DNA of 60,407 bases, the filler included, from Ionaspis alba (lineage: Eukaryota), in assembly GCA_964255285.1 (NCBI GenBank). It is 2 parts of 2 records of this genome, joined end to end, with 100 filler letters (N's around TTAATTAATTAA, not from the genome) between each part and the next. Parts side by side here need not be neighbours in the genome. Positions count along the whole stretch, not along the records: positions 1 to 30,226 come from CAXUUL010000116.1; 1 more part is not named here. The stretch is one strand, 5' to 3'. Under the pieces are notes generated by a model. The model was not told the DNA's origin. It did not search any database and worked only from the letters and a program-made list of their open reading frames with translations. Shown here in pieces: positions 1-12,427 of this stretch. Every line of letters starts with the position of its first letter. Positions within the stretch are counted from its first letter, which is position 1. A program made the position numbers and the translations under genes.

Positions 1-55
1 CGTCACCACTTTCGATGTCTGAGCTGTAGGCAGGAGGGGGTGAGTGTGAAGTCAT
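1..55 (-). CDS. 5' end of a gene running off the left window edge (N-terminus MTSHSPPPAYSSDIESGD...), possibly a membrane protein
   Basis: ATG at 55..53 (in-frame ATG also at 61) opens a frame to the edge. It encodes a PPxY motif followed by DIESG, typical of N-termini of fungal membrane proteins. Only 18 codons are visible. Confidence 0.45.
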   Translation of the reverse strand, partial: MTSHSPPPAYSSDIESGD

Positions 56-1429
56 AATCATGATTACTACATAATATTGCACGAGAGTTACTATCAGAGT
101 AGAAGAATCTCATTGTTTGGACTCGCGTATGCTAGCACAAAGTCTGGAATGCTGGAAGTGAAACTGTTGCATGTGGCTTTCCGATACGTACACCTAAAAA
201 CGCAACACCTTTGTTACTTCTTGCTCCATCCTTTCCTCTCTTCGCTGCTGCCGCCTCCTCCTGCCCTTGCCGGCTCCAAGCCCAGCAAGCAGCCTCCCCT
301 TCCCTTTGCATGCCATCTGTCTTCTTTGGTCTCTTCATCACCTCTTCGACAACTGCTGTAGAAGCTTAGACCGCAGTATTACCTGTCTCTTGGCACTCTG
401 CCTTAGTGCTACTGGTAGCCCTCGATGTTCGGTAACCCGAAGAAATGGCCGTGTAGGCACAACGCGGTTGAAAGTATACGACAAGCAAGCAAAGGAGAAG
501 CATTGACGAGAGACTTGACAGCAATAGAGCCAAGTGTATGCATCGTTACATGCTTGTAAAATAGAGTCTACGTGGATAGTTGCAACTTCCAAGGCGATTA
601 GTAGACCAACAAATGTCATCTCAGCTGCGTAATCTCGCATTGTCTGGCTCGCTCTTTAGATATAAGATTTTAATTCTTGCTCCTTTAACAGCTGGGGATG
701 ATGATCGTGCAGTTGATGTTTCCGATTGATATTCGAATCAACCACGACTGATACGGGAGCCTGTTTCGATGATTGCATCGTCTGTGGTTTCTCGTTCTCT
801 TGAGGAGAACACAGCCTGCATTCATATAACAAGGTCTTGAAAACCTCGCCAAAGTCTAAGTCAAGTCTCTCGAGTGAAAAGCAAATCCAATCGCCCAAGT
901 GATGTAGCTGTGCTCTCTATGATAATTGATAATTGATATTGACACGACATTGTGTCAATGCAGTGAGAGGGTTCAATACATACATTCAAGTCCCGGATTC
1001 GATAGGCACAGATATCCTCCCAAGCATGCTTGTCTTGAACGACTTGTTTCCACAGTAAAGGGACGATTCCACGGTCTCTACGACGTGAAGCTTCTGAAGC
1101 TCGTCCATGCTGTCCTCTTGGAGTTCGTTGGAAGGGGCTTGAAGGAGTCGTACTTGTGGAATATCTTAGATGATGGAATAGGGATGGATGGATGGACCAT
1201 GGTCTATAATAATGAAGGTGGGGGTGGGGGGGAGGCAAGAACTCATTCCGCTCCTCAAGCAAGAGAGGAAGATGAGTAAAAGAGTTGGTATGAGTGACAT
1301 GGTGTACAGGAAGCACAATGTATTGTGTAAAGTCTAGGTAGGCAAGTGGCTCCATGAAAATCGCCGCGTCTGTTGATCTTTTGATCCTGAGCAGATCGAT
1401 TAGTAGTACTCAACGAACGGAATATCAAT

Positions 1430-2250
1430 GAAACAAGCGAGACAAGGTGGAACTTCCGTATCCTCGTGTGATCTTTCTGCGCGTTGAAGTACTTGGAATG
1501 GTCCAACAAATTATTGGCCAATTCTTTTGTGCTGAACTCCGGGAATCTTATATCCTCGGTGTAGTCGCAGGTTGACGTGATCTTCAACCTTGAAACTTTG
1601 TTGGAGCCGACCGCGATTATAATACTATTGCATATCTATTGCGGCAAACGAGATGGCATCGGCCACAACAACTCGGTAGAGTCGATACTGAATATTATTG
1701 GGGCCTTCTTTCGAGTTCGTGATTTGGAAGTGAGCTGACTGTCTTCTGCTTCTTTCAGTTTGTCTGAGGAGGTTGGTCTTAGATATCGAGTTGACTGTTT
1801 TCGCTGGACAACCTGTCTCGATTCCTGAGGCACTCCATAGCAGATTTGTGGAACACACAAGTCCAAGTATTTCTAATGAGATGAAAGCAGGACTCTGGAT
1901 CAAATCATCGTTGCCAGACCATCGACCAGGAGCATCCACTTTGGGAAACTTGATTCCTAGATAAGCTGTAGTGCCGTTCAATGCTTCCCACCAGATATGG
2001 CTATAGACCCACCATAGGATTTTACGTGTCCCACAGTCCAGCTGTATGAAGCCCACGCCGGCGGCAGAGCTGCGTGGCAGCAGGTTAATGGCAGAGAACG
2101 TACGGCCATTGTGTCCCAGTCGATCCTGAAGATCCGTAAAGCATATTGCAGCAGCTTTGTCGTAACGACAAATGACAAGACTTGTCCACGCGAACTGGGG
2201 TGGGGTTTCTGCTTGTCCAGTAGGAACGAGGAGATACATCAACATCCAGA
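1430..2250 (-). mobile_element. Degenerate Ty3/Gypsy LTR-retrotransposon integrase relic (GPY/F region)
   Basis: Reading through the stop at 1625 gives ADAISFAAIDMQ*YYNRGRLQQSFKVEDHVNLRLHRGYKIPGVQHKRIGQ*FVGPFQVLQRAER (~1660-1472). This matches the fungal Gypsy integrase C-terminus (DAIxFA..MK.YY....F.VGD.V.LRLH.GY.IPG...K.GQQFVGPF.VL.R.GR). Weaker upstream similarity: DLQDRLGHNG resembles the HHCC 'HD..GH.G' and PQICYG resembles 'SP.E..YG'. It carries in-frame stops and frameshifts, and no LTRs were recognised. Confidence 0.75.
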
Positions 2251-3060
2251 TGAGGACATGTGGACGCAGAGGTCTATTCCCTGCAATGAGTAAGTCGCTG
2301 TATTAGCAAGTCACTGTACTGGCAATAATGGGCCAAAGATGGGAGCTCCAACATAGGAGTTTCGAGGTTGAGGAGAATTCAAATGGGACGTATCTGACCC
2401 AAGATAGCTGTAACTTGCGCTTGTGGAAGAATGGACGGAGGAGCAATCAATGCTAAAGGGGAAAGCACAAGATAGTAAAGGTCATATATAAGGCAAACCA
2501 ACATTTGAAATCACGACCACACACCAAGAGATTAAGACGAGACAACGTCATCAATTTCCACACTCCTAAATACACATAACACCCACGCTCATCCTATTTT
2601 ACCCCCACAACACCCTTGCTTGCTCGCTCTCGCACCTTAACATAACAAATAACCAAGGGTATAAAACATCAACGACAGTGACTCGCTCGACGAGTGTTCA
2701 CCGAAAATTCCTGCTTCTGCACAGGCATCTCGACAGTCCTCCTCCGCCTCAGCGTACAGACACGTACAAATACACAGGGGTATAATCCATATCAACGATA
2801 GTAAAGAAAGCGCTTGTCCAGCAAGTGATGTGCAGGGAGACCTGCTCGAGGGTATATAGCGAAAGTGGTAGGTCGCTCCGTTGACGCGATGCCAGCAGGT
2901 AGTAGAAAGCATAGCCGTGAAGGTTCGTCAAGGCGTTATATGGTACAGGTAATGGTACATATTTGGGTATGGTGGTGTGTGTACAGGTCGGATCTGACGT
3001 ATGTGTATGCGGAAGCCATAATATGTGTGCGCAGGAGATGTAGTTCGTAGTGAAGGGCGT

Positions 3061-4583
<1,523 letters not shown>

Positions 4584-6473
4584 TCACAAAATATTTGCAA
4601 TAGATTTTCTAGGCTGGAAGAAATTTTGTAGAAGCCAAAAGCCATTCACAAGATGTTTTGAGAGGGGAAGGCCGCGAATATTGCTTCGCGATTCGAATAA
4701 AGCTTCTTTGTCTGAACCGTTGGTAAAAGAGGTTGTCAACAAGGGAAGAAAGTGGTTGTTTATGTATTCGCGCAGATCAAAGACTCGAGGGCCTTCCTCG
4801 GAGCATTCACCCTCAAGCATGACCATGCGCATCCTGCTGGCCACAGAGAGTTTGGCACCATTTGCCGGTAGAGAAAGCAAAAGCCACTTGCGCAGCTGCT
4901 CGGATGATGCCCAAGTCAGATTTGAGACAAGGAATTTCGGTCTTAGCGCTGTCGATATGACGCTGAAGGAACTGACTAAACTCTCTGCAGGAACACCGGT
5001 TGGCTTGACGGGAGGCTTCAGCCTTCCGGTGGCTTGCACCATAATCCCTGTAGATACTGGGATGGGGAAAGAGATCTACCGCCGAAGGGGATGTGATGGT
5101 GCTAATGTGTCTAGCGGTGAACATGGGCATTGTGCCGACAAGAGTCAGAATGCGGGGAGAGCTCCCTGGCTCCATTGCGAACAGGAAGAAGCAAAAACAA
5201 CGAGATGTACATTGTGGAGATCACTCGAGTATAAGTAGTCGCAATGAAAAAGGGCACCAGGAATATTGTGTTATCATCTCGACTATCACCGTGCTTAGCT
5301 GTGAAGCATGAAGCGGAAAGTCGTGCAATTTCGGAAACACGCGCTTGGGCCATTCGATTGTTGTTTCACAGCCCCGACTGAACGGTACTTTGTTGGAAGG
5401 AGATACAAAGAAGCCGGTATACGAAAGCTAACAGGCCCTACCTTTAGAGAAAGGTAGCGCACATGCTCCGCCTATGCGGCTTCGGTGACCCGAGTATCCC
5501 GTAGGATAATCCTTAGCATGAGGAGGCAGGAAAGAACAACAAGCTGCAAGTCTTTGCTGTTCAGCCTTGGTCACGGAGCAGACGATCCTCGGGCCTGATG
5601 CTGAGCAACAAGGTACATCCAATCGCTCTGTATTTCTAAGCCATCTCGATGTATACCTGACGCAAGGACAATGGGATGGAGTACCCCGCAGAGACAAAGA
5701 GCAAAAAGCAAGGCAAAGGAAAGAATCGGGTTTGGCAAGCACACGAACTGCACGACGAGTCAGTTGCATATTGCATATCCGGTGGAAGCGGTGCTGGTGA
5801 TGCACGACCGAAGTGTTGGCGCTGCGACGTGATTAGCTGGCTTCGACCTCGGGATGATGTCTGTGGCCCGGTTGTGCCCAGCTAAAGCCAGCTAAACAGT
5901 TAAGAAATTAGCGGGCAGGAGGCTTTGACATCATTCTGCGGAAGTTTCTGAGAGTCAGCAGATGGCTGACGATGCCTTCACTGCAACAGTAGTGGTACGG
6001 AAAGTAAGGTAGGTAGGGAGTCGAGGGGATGATCTCTCATCTGACAGAGCGAAGATGCGCACCACGATGAAGCAGCTGAGGATGATCGTATCCGCACTGC
6101 CGGCACAAAATAGAGGGGCAGTCAAGTTTCCTTCTGTCAGCACGATGATACCATTCTAGCATGGTCGCCAATACCCGGTGTAACGTGTATACCTTCACGA
6201 TGTCCACTTCTGGCTTTTGTGCATCGTTGAATCGATGGTGTTTGTAATAGTGATGCTGCAAAAAAGCACAAATCGGTGATGGTGGAGTAGCCAGCCGCCA
6301 GAGAGCCTCCACAAGCGGGATCCCCTCCTGCAAACACCCCGCCATGTCGGCAGCCACAAAACCCCACATCTCCAAAGACGCAAAGAAGCCTCGAAGAATG
6401 CTTCTAGTCGTGTTCTTCACGACTAAGCAGTCGATGAAAAATCACCACAACCCTCACTGACACCTCTAGCACC

Positions 6474-8171
6474 ATGGCCACCAACGGCTCAACCAACGGC
6501 GCCTCCAACGCCTCAACCGTCCAAACAATCCCCCTCCAAATAAACGGTATAGAAGTCCAAACCACAAACACCTTCGACGTGACCGATCCCTCCACCGGTA
6601 AGGTCCTCTGGAAGTCCGCTTCTGCCTCCAAAGACGATGCCATCGCCGCCATCAAAGCAGCCGAAGCTGCCTTCCCCGCCTGGTCCAAGACCAAACCCGC
6701 CGCCAGGCGGGACATCATGCTGAAAGCCGCCGACATCTTAGCCAAGCGGGGCGAAGAGCTCGGGGAGTACATGATTCGCGAGACGGGCTCTGTCCCGGGC
6801 TACGCGGGGGGGTTCAACATCCCCAATTCTGTAGAAATGCTCAAGGACGTCGCGGGGCGCATCATCACCATCTCCGCCAACATGCCTGTGTGCGGACAAG
6901 AGGGGAGGAATGCGATTTTGTATAAGGAACCCTACGGCGTGATACTAGGAATAGCACCCTGGTAACCCTCTTTCCCATCCACACCGACACCCCTCTCCCA
7001 TCTCCCAACTGACCATCTCCCTAGGAACGCACCCTACATCCTCGGCTTCCGCGCCATAATCCACGCCCTTGCAGCAGGCAACACCACCATCCTGAAAGCG
7101 CCCGAGCTGTCCCCCCGTTGCTACTGGGCCATCGGGTCCGTTTTTACCGAAGCCGGGCTCCCAGCCGGCTGTCTCAACATTCTGGCTCACAGGCCTCAAG
7201 ACGCGGCCGAAGTCACGCAAACGCTGATCGAGCACCCGGCGGTGCGGAAGATCAACTTCACGGGGAGCACGGCGGTGGGGAGAATCATTGCGACGGCGGC
7301 GGGAAAGGCGTTGAAACCTGTTTTGATGGAGTTGGGGGGGAAGGCGAGCGCGATTGTGTGCGAGGATGCGGATTTGGAGGTTGCGGGTTTGCAGTGTGCG
7401 TTGGGGGCTTTCTTGCACGTAAGTCTTTCTCTTCCTTTCCTGCCCTTGCATCCCCACATTTTCGAAGCCTACCCTATCGAAGCCCTGGCTTCAGAGCCAA
7501 TGCTTATTACTTGTCTCCACCAGAGCGGCCAAGTCTGCATGTCCACCGAACGCATCCTCCTCCACACCTCCCTCACCTCTTCCTTCCCCTCCGCCCTGAA
7601 TTCCGCCATCAGCAAACTCTACGGTCCCTCAACCCCAGCACCCATCCTCGTGACCCCCGCCGGCGTGACCAAATCCCAGCGTCTGCTCTCGCAAGCCGAG
7701 TCCAAAGGCGCCAAAATCATCACCGGGGATCTCAACGCCAAAGAGACTTCCGAAACACGCATGCGGCCCATTGTAGTCGAGGGCGTAACGAAAGAAATGG
7801 ATTTATTCTACGAGGAGAGTTTCGGACCCAGTGTTGCGCTTTTCACGTTCGAGACGGAGGAGGAGGCCTTAGCGTTGGCGAATGATACTGAGTATGGGTT
7901 GAGTGCGGCGGTGTTTACGAGGGATTTGGCGAGGGGGTTGAGGCTTGCTAGGCAGATTGAGTCGGGGTGGGTGATTCCGTCTGTGGGGTGAGGGCCGGTT
8001 ATTGGTTGAGGCTAATGAGGAGACAGGGCGGTGCATATTAATAGTATGACTATTCATGATGAGGCGAATCTGCCGCATGGTGGTGTCAAGATGAGTGGGT
8101 GGGGGAGGTTCAATGCGAGTGCGGGATTAGAGGAGTTTTTGAAGATGAAGACTGTGACGTGGCAGGATTGA
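6474..8171 (+). CDS. Aldehyde dehydrogenase, salicylaldehyde/vanillin dehydrogenase-like, 4 exons
   Basis: EPYGVILGIAPW^NAP, KAPELSP, INFTGSTAVG, LMELGGKA (catalytic Glu), GQVCMSTER (catalytic Cys), EESFGP, NDTEYGLSAAVF, PHGGVKMSGWGRFN. GT-AG introns lie near 6963-7024, 7419-7524 and 7967-8026, and the stop is TGA at 8169-8171. Confidence 0.93.
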
Positions 8172-9208
8172 GAGCTGGAGAGTGAGTCGACGCTGGAAAG
8201 GGTTGAGGGTCCAAGAGTTGGGAGGGAATGTTCTCGAGGGACGCCGTGGTCACCGCTCATGATTGATAAAATGGGCTGGTGGTCGTCGTGTACCAAGCAG
8301 ATGTTACGTATATCGTATGTATTTGCAGAACAAATTCAGCATAACAACCGACAGCGTAATGTTACCAGACTCTTCCCGATCCTGTCTCAAGACCTCAGTC
8401 CATGACATATCAAATACTCCATTCCATGGACCAATGATACGAAGCCGTGGACGCCAGGTTGAAAACCACAAAATCTAATGGAAATGCATACGAGTGCTAT
8501 GGAGTCTCCGCGACTTGTGCAACAGGATTGGCGCCCACATTCGTCCGAGGTCTAGCAGTGGTAGGCAGGTATGGTTCCTAGGCCTCCGATGTTTGGATGG
8601 TTCGTATGATTACTGAAGAGGCTGCTGGCGCCTTGGCGGCTTAATGCTGTTCCTAGAACGTGACTTCATCTTTGGCGGACAATGTTCTGCTATCTCGGAA
8701 ATTGGGTATGGATGGACGGCGCGGATGCTCCGTAATGAAGTCGTTGAGCGCTTTGTGGAGCTCGGCCTTTAGAAACCCGTTCTTGGTCCGATTCGGTATT
8801 GAAGGCGTGTTCATGCAGGGGTTGGTTGGTCAACAATGTTGGTCTTATTCGTCTTGCCGGATCTCGCCGAAGTCTCCATAAATGTAATTTTCTCCAGCGT
8901 ACAAATTACATCGCTTGAGGTTCTTGCCAATGTGCTCTCCAAGTGGCCTTCATGATGGATAGTCGGGACCCGTTATCGTAAAAATATCGCCCAAAGGAGC
9001 AACACAACACGGGTCTGACCCAGAGATTAATGGTCTTGCAAATCTGAATCGAAGGCACTAGAGGGTATTTATCGCCCAAGGTGGCTTTTACGCCTCACGT
9101 TCTCTTCGGAACAGGTAGTGATATGCCTCTGGGCATAGTGGTCCAAATTCTCAATTGCAGCAGCAGCTATGTTGTAGCCCACGAAACATTGACCACCACA
9201 CTGGTACA

Positions 9209-11524
9209 CTATGAACATATTATGATCGCTCTATCATACCCCCGAGCCTGATAGGGATGCAGGAATTTGTATTTTGCCAGCTCGAAAGCGCAGGACAAGC
9301 ACGAATCACCTTGCAAGACTAATAGCTTTTTGTCGAAAGGAATATCATTGAGATTTGATGAATGCTCCATATTCGATGGACAGGCGAGCAATTGCCTACT
9401 CCTGTTACCATGAGGGCCGATAAAGGTACAGCTTGACGGTGCTGCTGATGGATGGTTAACTCCGGCCTGGAATTTAGAGAATGTATCATTTCCCGGAATA
9501 AAGAAGGATGCCTCCTTTGGGTGTTCACATTTCTTGCCAATGGTAGATTGTAGCAAACTCTTGATGCACTGAGTAATTCTCACAGTGAGATAATCGTTCC
9601 CAATCAATGTATTACCCGACGCGTCAATCTGAGGGCCCGCCATATCTGTACCCAAAACAAGTGTCGTTCCAAACGGGATAAGGTAAAAACGAGCCTCAAA
9701 GATAGAAGGCTTGATGTAGACATTGCAGACGCTGTTCAGGGGCTGAGCGAACTCGGTATTGGTATGCCTGAACTGGCTTCCAGAAGCTACTGTGTGGGGT
9801 TTCATCATTTCGACGAAGCGAGCACTGGATGAACTATATTCTTCCTCAACGGTCTCGCGTAAGCATCCTTGAAAAGATAAACGTCCGGAATATATCGCGA
9901 GATACTTTCCGTCATCACAGAAAGCTTCTTCTTCTAATAGAGCTCTCACTGCTACCGTCGTATCTCTTGCGGAAGAAGCGATGGCATTGTTGGACAAATC
10001 GGGTTCTTCATATTTTCCATGTAAAAGTGCTCGAAGATGTGCTAAGTGCATAGACAGGTTGAGTGATGGAGCCTTCTGTAGCAACAGGTCTTTAATCCCT
10101 TTTGACCACGTTGTCTTCTGCTTTCCGCTTATGACTCGAGAACGGACTCGAACAGTTGTAGCATGAATGACACATGGAATCAAGGCTAGTGCAGTAGCCG
10201 CAAAGCCACACAACAAATCTTCGACGACGGTCAGTAAGCAGGAGTCACTTCTCTTACTCCTCTTGGGTGAATGAGCTGCACAGTAGCAGAACTTGCAGAA
10301 CTCGGAGACGTCGTCCTCGGACAGAATATTGTCCCACCAGCTGACTTCCGATCTGTTGATATCGTCAAATCCCAATGCAAGTGCTTGGACGACTTCCGCT
10401 TCCAAATGAGTCGGCTGAATCTTGAGCCGTTGGCAGACGGAGACAATGGTTTTGTCGAGACGATGGAATGGCCACTTATATGGGAAACCAGACATTTGGT
10501 TCCGAGCTGCGATAGATGAGGATGGCACCGTGGCAAGACAAGATAGCATGCGTACAATAGCGAGCTGTATAATCTGCTGACATTTGTCTGAGACATAAAA
10601 CATTTCTAGCAGTGCCGTACTCAAAGCATCTTCCAAAAGGCACATTGGCCCAAAGCCTCCATCGCTGATTTCGTTTTCCCTACGCGGCCGAAGCCGGAAT
10701 GTGTTCGAAAAGCCGGTAGGTGTATCATTTAGGTCGCCAACCTGTAGTGTGACCGCGCCTCGTGATCCTGCTGCTCTCCATAGGACATTGGCATTATAGA
10801 CCAAAGTACAGTCCATTCCAAGGATGAAAGTCGCAAAAGCTGCCATCCAGATAGCACGGCTCTTTGTATGCATGTATATTGACTCACCAAGCCTGGAAGT
10901 AAGAGAGAGCTGGTGAACCGCATTTGCCCATTGACTGGGATAGCTTATGCCGGAAATTAGAGAACGATGCATATCCTCGAAAGCGGGAACGGAAAGATGC
11001 TTGGACAGCTCTACTAAAGCCGACAACCGGATCGTCTCAAGAACAGAATGGAATCCACAGTCTTTCATAATCGGAGACATGAAGCTGACAACATTTTTGA
11101 TCACGTCAACAGATGGTAGGTAGTTCTCCTCGCAGCCATTCAGCCGTAGCAATTCCTGTAGCCCTTGAGCAGCGACAAAGCCAGTCGTACCAGCATTAAA
11201 GGCGTTCATGGCCAAAAGAGCTGCACAACCGCCCCGGGTCCTGGATAATTCGTAAGCCGCATCGTTGTGGCCCCATCCAATGCTGAGAGCTTTAGCTAGA
11301 TAGCCATGTCGAGTAAGGCTCCGTTTCTGCATAGATCGTGATACAATGCCCTCTTGGTGTTGAGAAATTGAAATACATTTCCCAAGCTCTATGAGAGCAC
11401 CAACGGCATAGATGTCTACTCCACCGTCTGAAAGTGATTTCAGGAGTTTCCCCGCAGCTGAGAATGCAAGAGAACCGCCAGCGAATACGTCTCCTTGGAA
11501 CGTGAATCCCACTGCTTGAGACAT
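9209..11524 (-). CDS. Uncharacterised 771-aa intronless protein
   Basis: 2.3-kb uninterrupted ATG-initiated ORF with globular-protein composition, LSIGWGH and IWMAAF segments, and Cys/His clusters (CKFCYCAAH, KCEH, C-terminal DSCLSCA). No catalytic motif was recognised. Confidence 0.8.
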   Translation of the reverse strand: MSQAVGFTFQGDVFAGGSLAFSAAGKLLKSLSDGGVDIYAVGALIELGKCISISQHQEGIVSRSMQKRSLTRHGYLAKALSIGWGHNDAAYELSRTRGGCAALLAMNAFNAGTTGFVAAQGLQELLRLNGCEENYLPSVDVIKNVVSFMSPIMKDCGFHSVLETIRLSALVELSKHLSVPAFEDMHRSLISGISYPSQWANAVHQLSLTSRLGESIYMHTKSRAIWMAAFATFILGMDCTLVYNANVLWRAAGSRGAVTLQVGDLNDTPTGFSNTFRLRPRRENEISDGGFGPMCLLEDALSTALLEMFYVSDKCQQIIQLAIVRMLSCLATVPSSSIAARNQMSGFPYKWPFHRLDKTIVSVCQRLKIQPTHLEAEVVQALALGFDDINRSEVSWWDNILSEDDVSEFCKFCYCAAHSPKRSKRSDSCLLTVVEDLLCGFAATALALIPCVIHATTVRVRSRVISGKQKTTWSKGIKDLLLQKAPSLNLSMHLAHLRALLHGKYEEPDLSNNAIASSARDTTVAVRALLEEEAFCDDGKYLAIYSGRLSFQGCLRETVEEEYSSSSARFVEMMKPHTVASGSQFRHTNTEFAQPLNSVCNVYIKPSIFEARFYLIPFGTTLVLGTDMAGPQIDASGNTLIGNDYLTVRITQCIKSLLQSTIGKKCEHPKEASFFIPGNDTFSKFQAGVNHPSAAPSSCTFIGPHGNRSRQLLACPSNMEHSSNLNDIPFDKKLLVLQGDSCLSCAFELAKYKFLHPYQARGYDRAIIICS

Positions 11525-12427
11525 GACTCGAGAATAGAATATCAGAACTCGTGACCGCTAGAGACATATGTAGAGCAAAGTCCAAGGCATGGATTGCAGA
11601 AGGATATAGATGGTTCACATCAAGCTGAGGGGGCTGGGGCACGGAAAGATCAACCAATGAGAGACGCATTGACAGCTACAAAGATTACCAGGCGCACCAC
11701 AAGGCATCGTCAAGGCTTGCGCCTTGCACTTGCTTAATTTATCCAGCAGTTTTGTGATGGTCCAAGTCGATCGCGCCACAAATGTAAGCTGGTCGAAATA
11801 TGTTGACGAGAAGCACAGGGACCCTTGATTCAAGATGCATCGTACCACATTGAAAGCGCTGTAATCACTCATCGTATCGTTATGAGCGGCGTTACTGGGC
11901 ACAACGTAGGATCGAATGCTTAGACACGGACTGAGAGGCATGTGTGAAATCGATGCAAGTAATAAATCTATGAAGCGGAGGTCTCCCTGTAGAAATTTTA
12001 AGATAAGAGACTAAGTGTTCGATTAATTGCACTCACCTGAGATGTATCTTGACTAATTGATACAGACAATTGGGGAAGTCAGAATATAGAGCGTCTAGTA
12101 TTGACGTAATACATGTGTGCCCAAATACCACACATGCTCCTAGGTCGTAGTTGGTCATGGTATGCGACTACGTTGACCGAGCGGCTATAGTCGAGTCGCT
12201 GTAGAATTAAGGGGTGACGGTGCTCTAAGGAGTAATCCTAAGCATAAATATGGAACTATCCGGAGATTTCGCGAGTATAAGCGTCGACAGTAAGAAAGCC
12301 TATGTGCTCCAAAAGAGCTCTTGTGCTACCTACACAAGAATGACCGTCCAGCATCTGATCGAGAATCCGAACTCCAACCAATGACGGAGATCATCGCCAC
12401 TATTCTAATGAGGTACAATTTCCGTCT

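Noticed and set aside
926..1355. Overlapping ORFs of 117 aa (+) and 164 aa (-) next to the Gypsy relic
   Set aside because: No domain signal, and no chromodomain or LTR could be recognised.
7118..7885. Long alternative-frame and antisense ORFs in the ALDH, b561 (29513-30139) and KRE1-like (34298-34972) genes
   Set aside because: Shadow ORFs produced by strong codon bias in the real frame.
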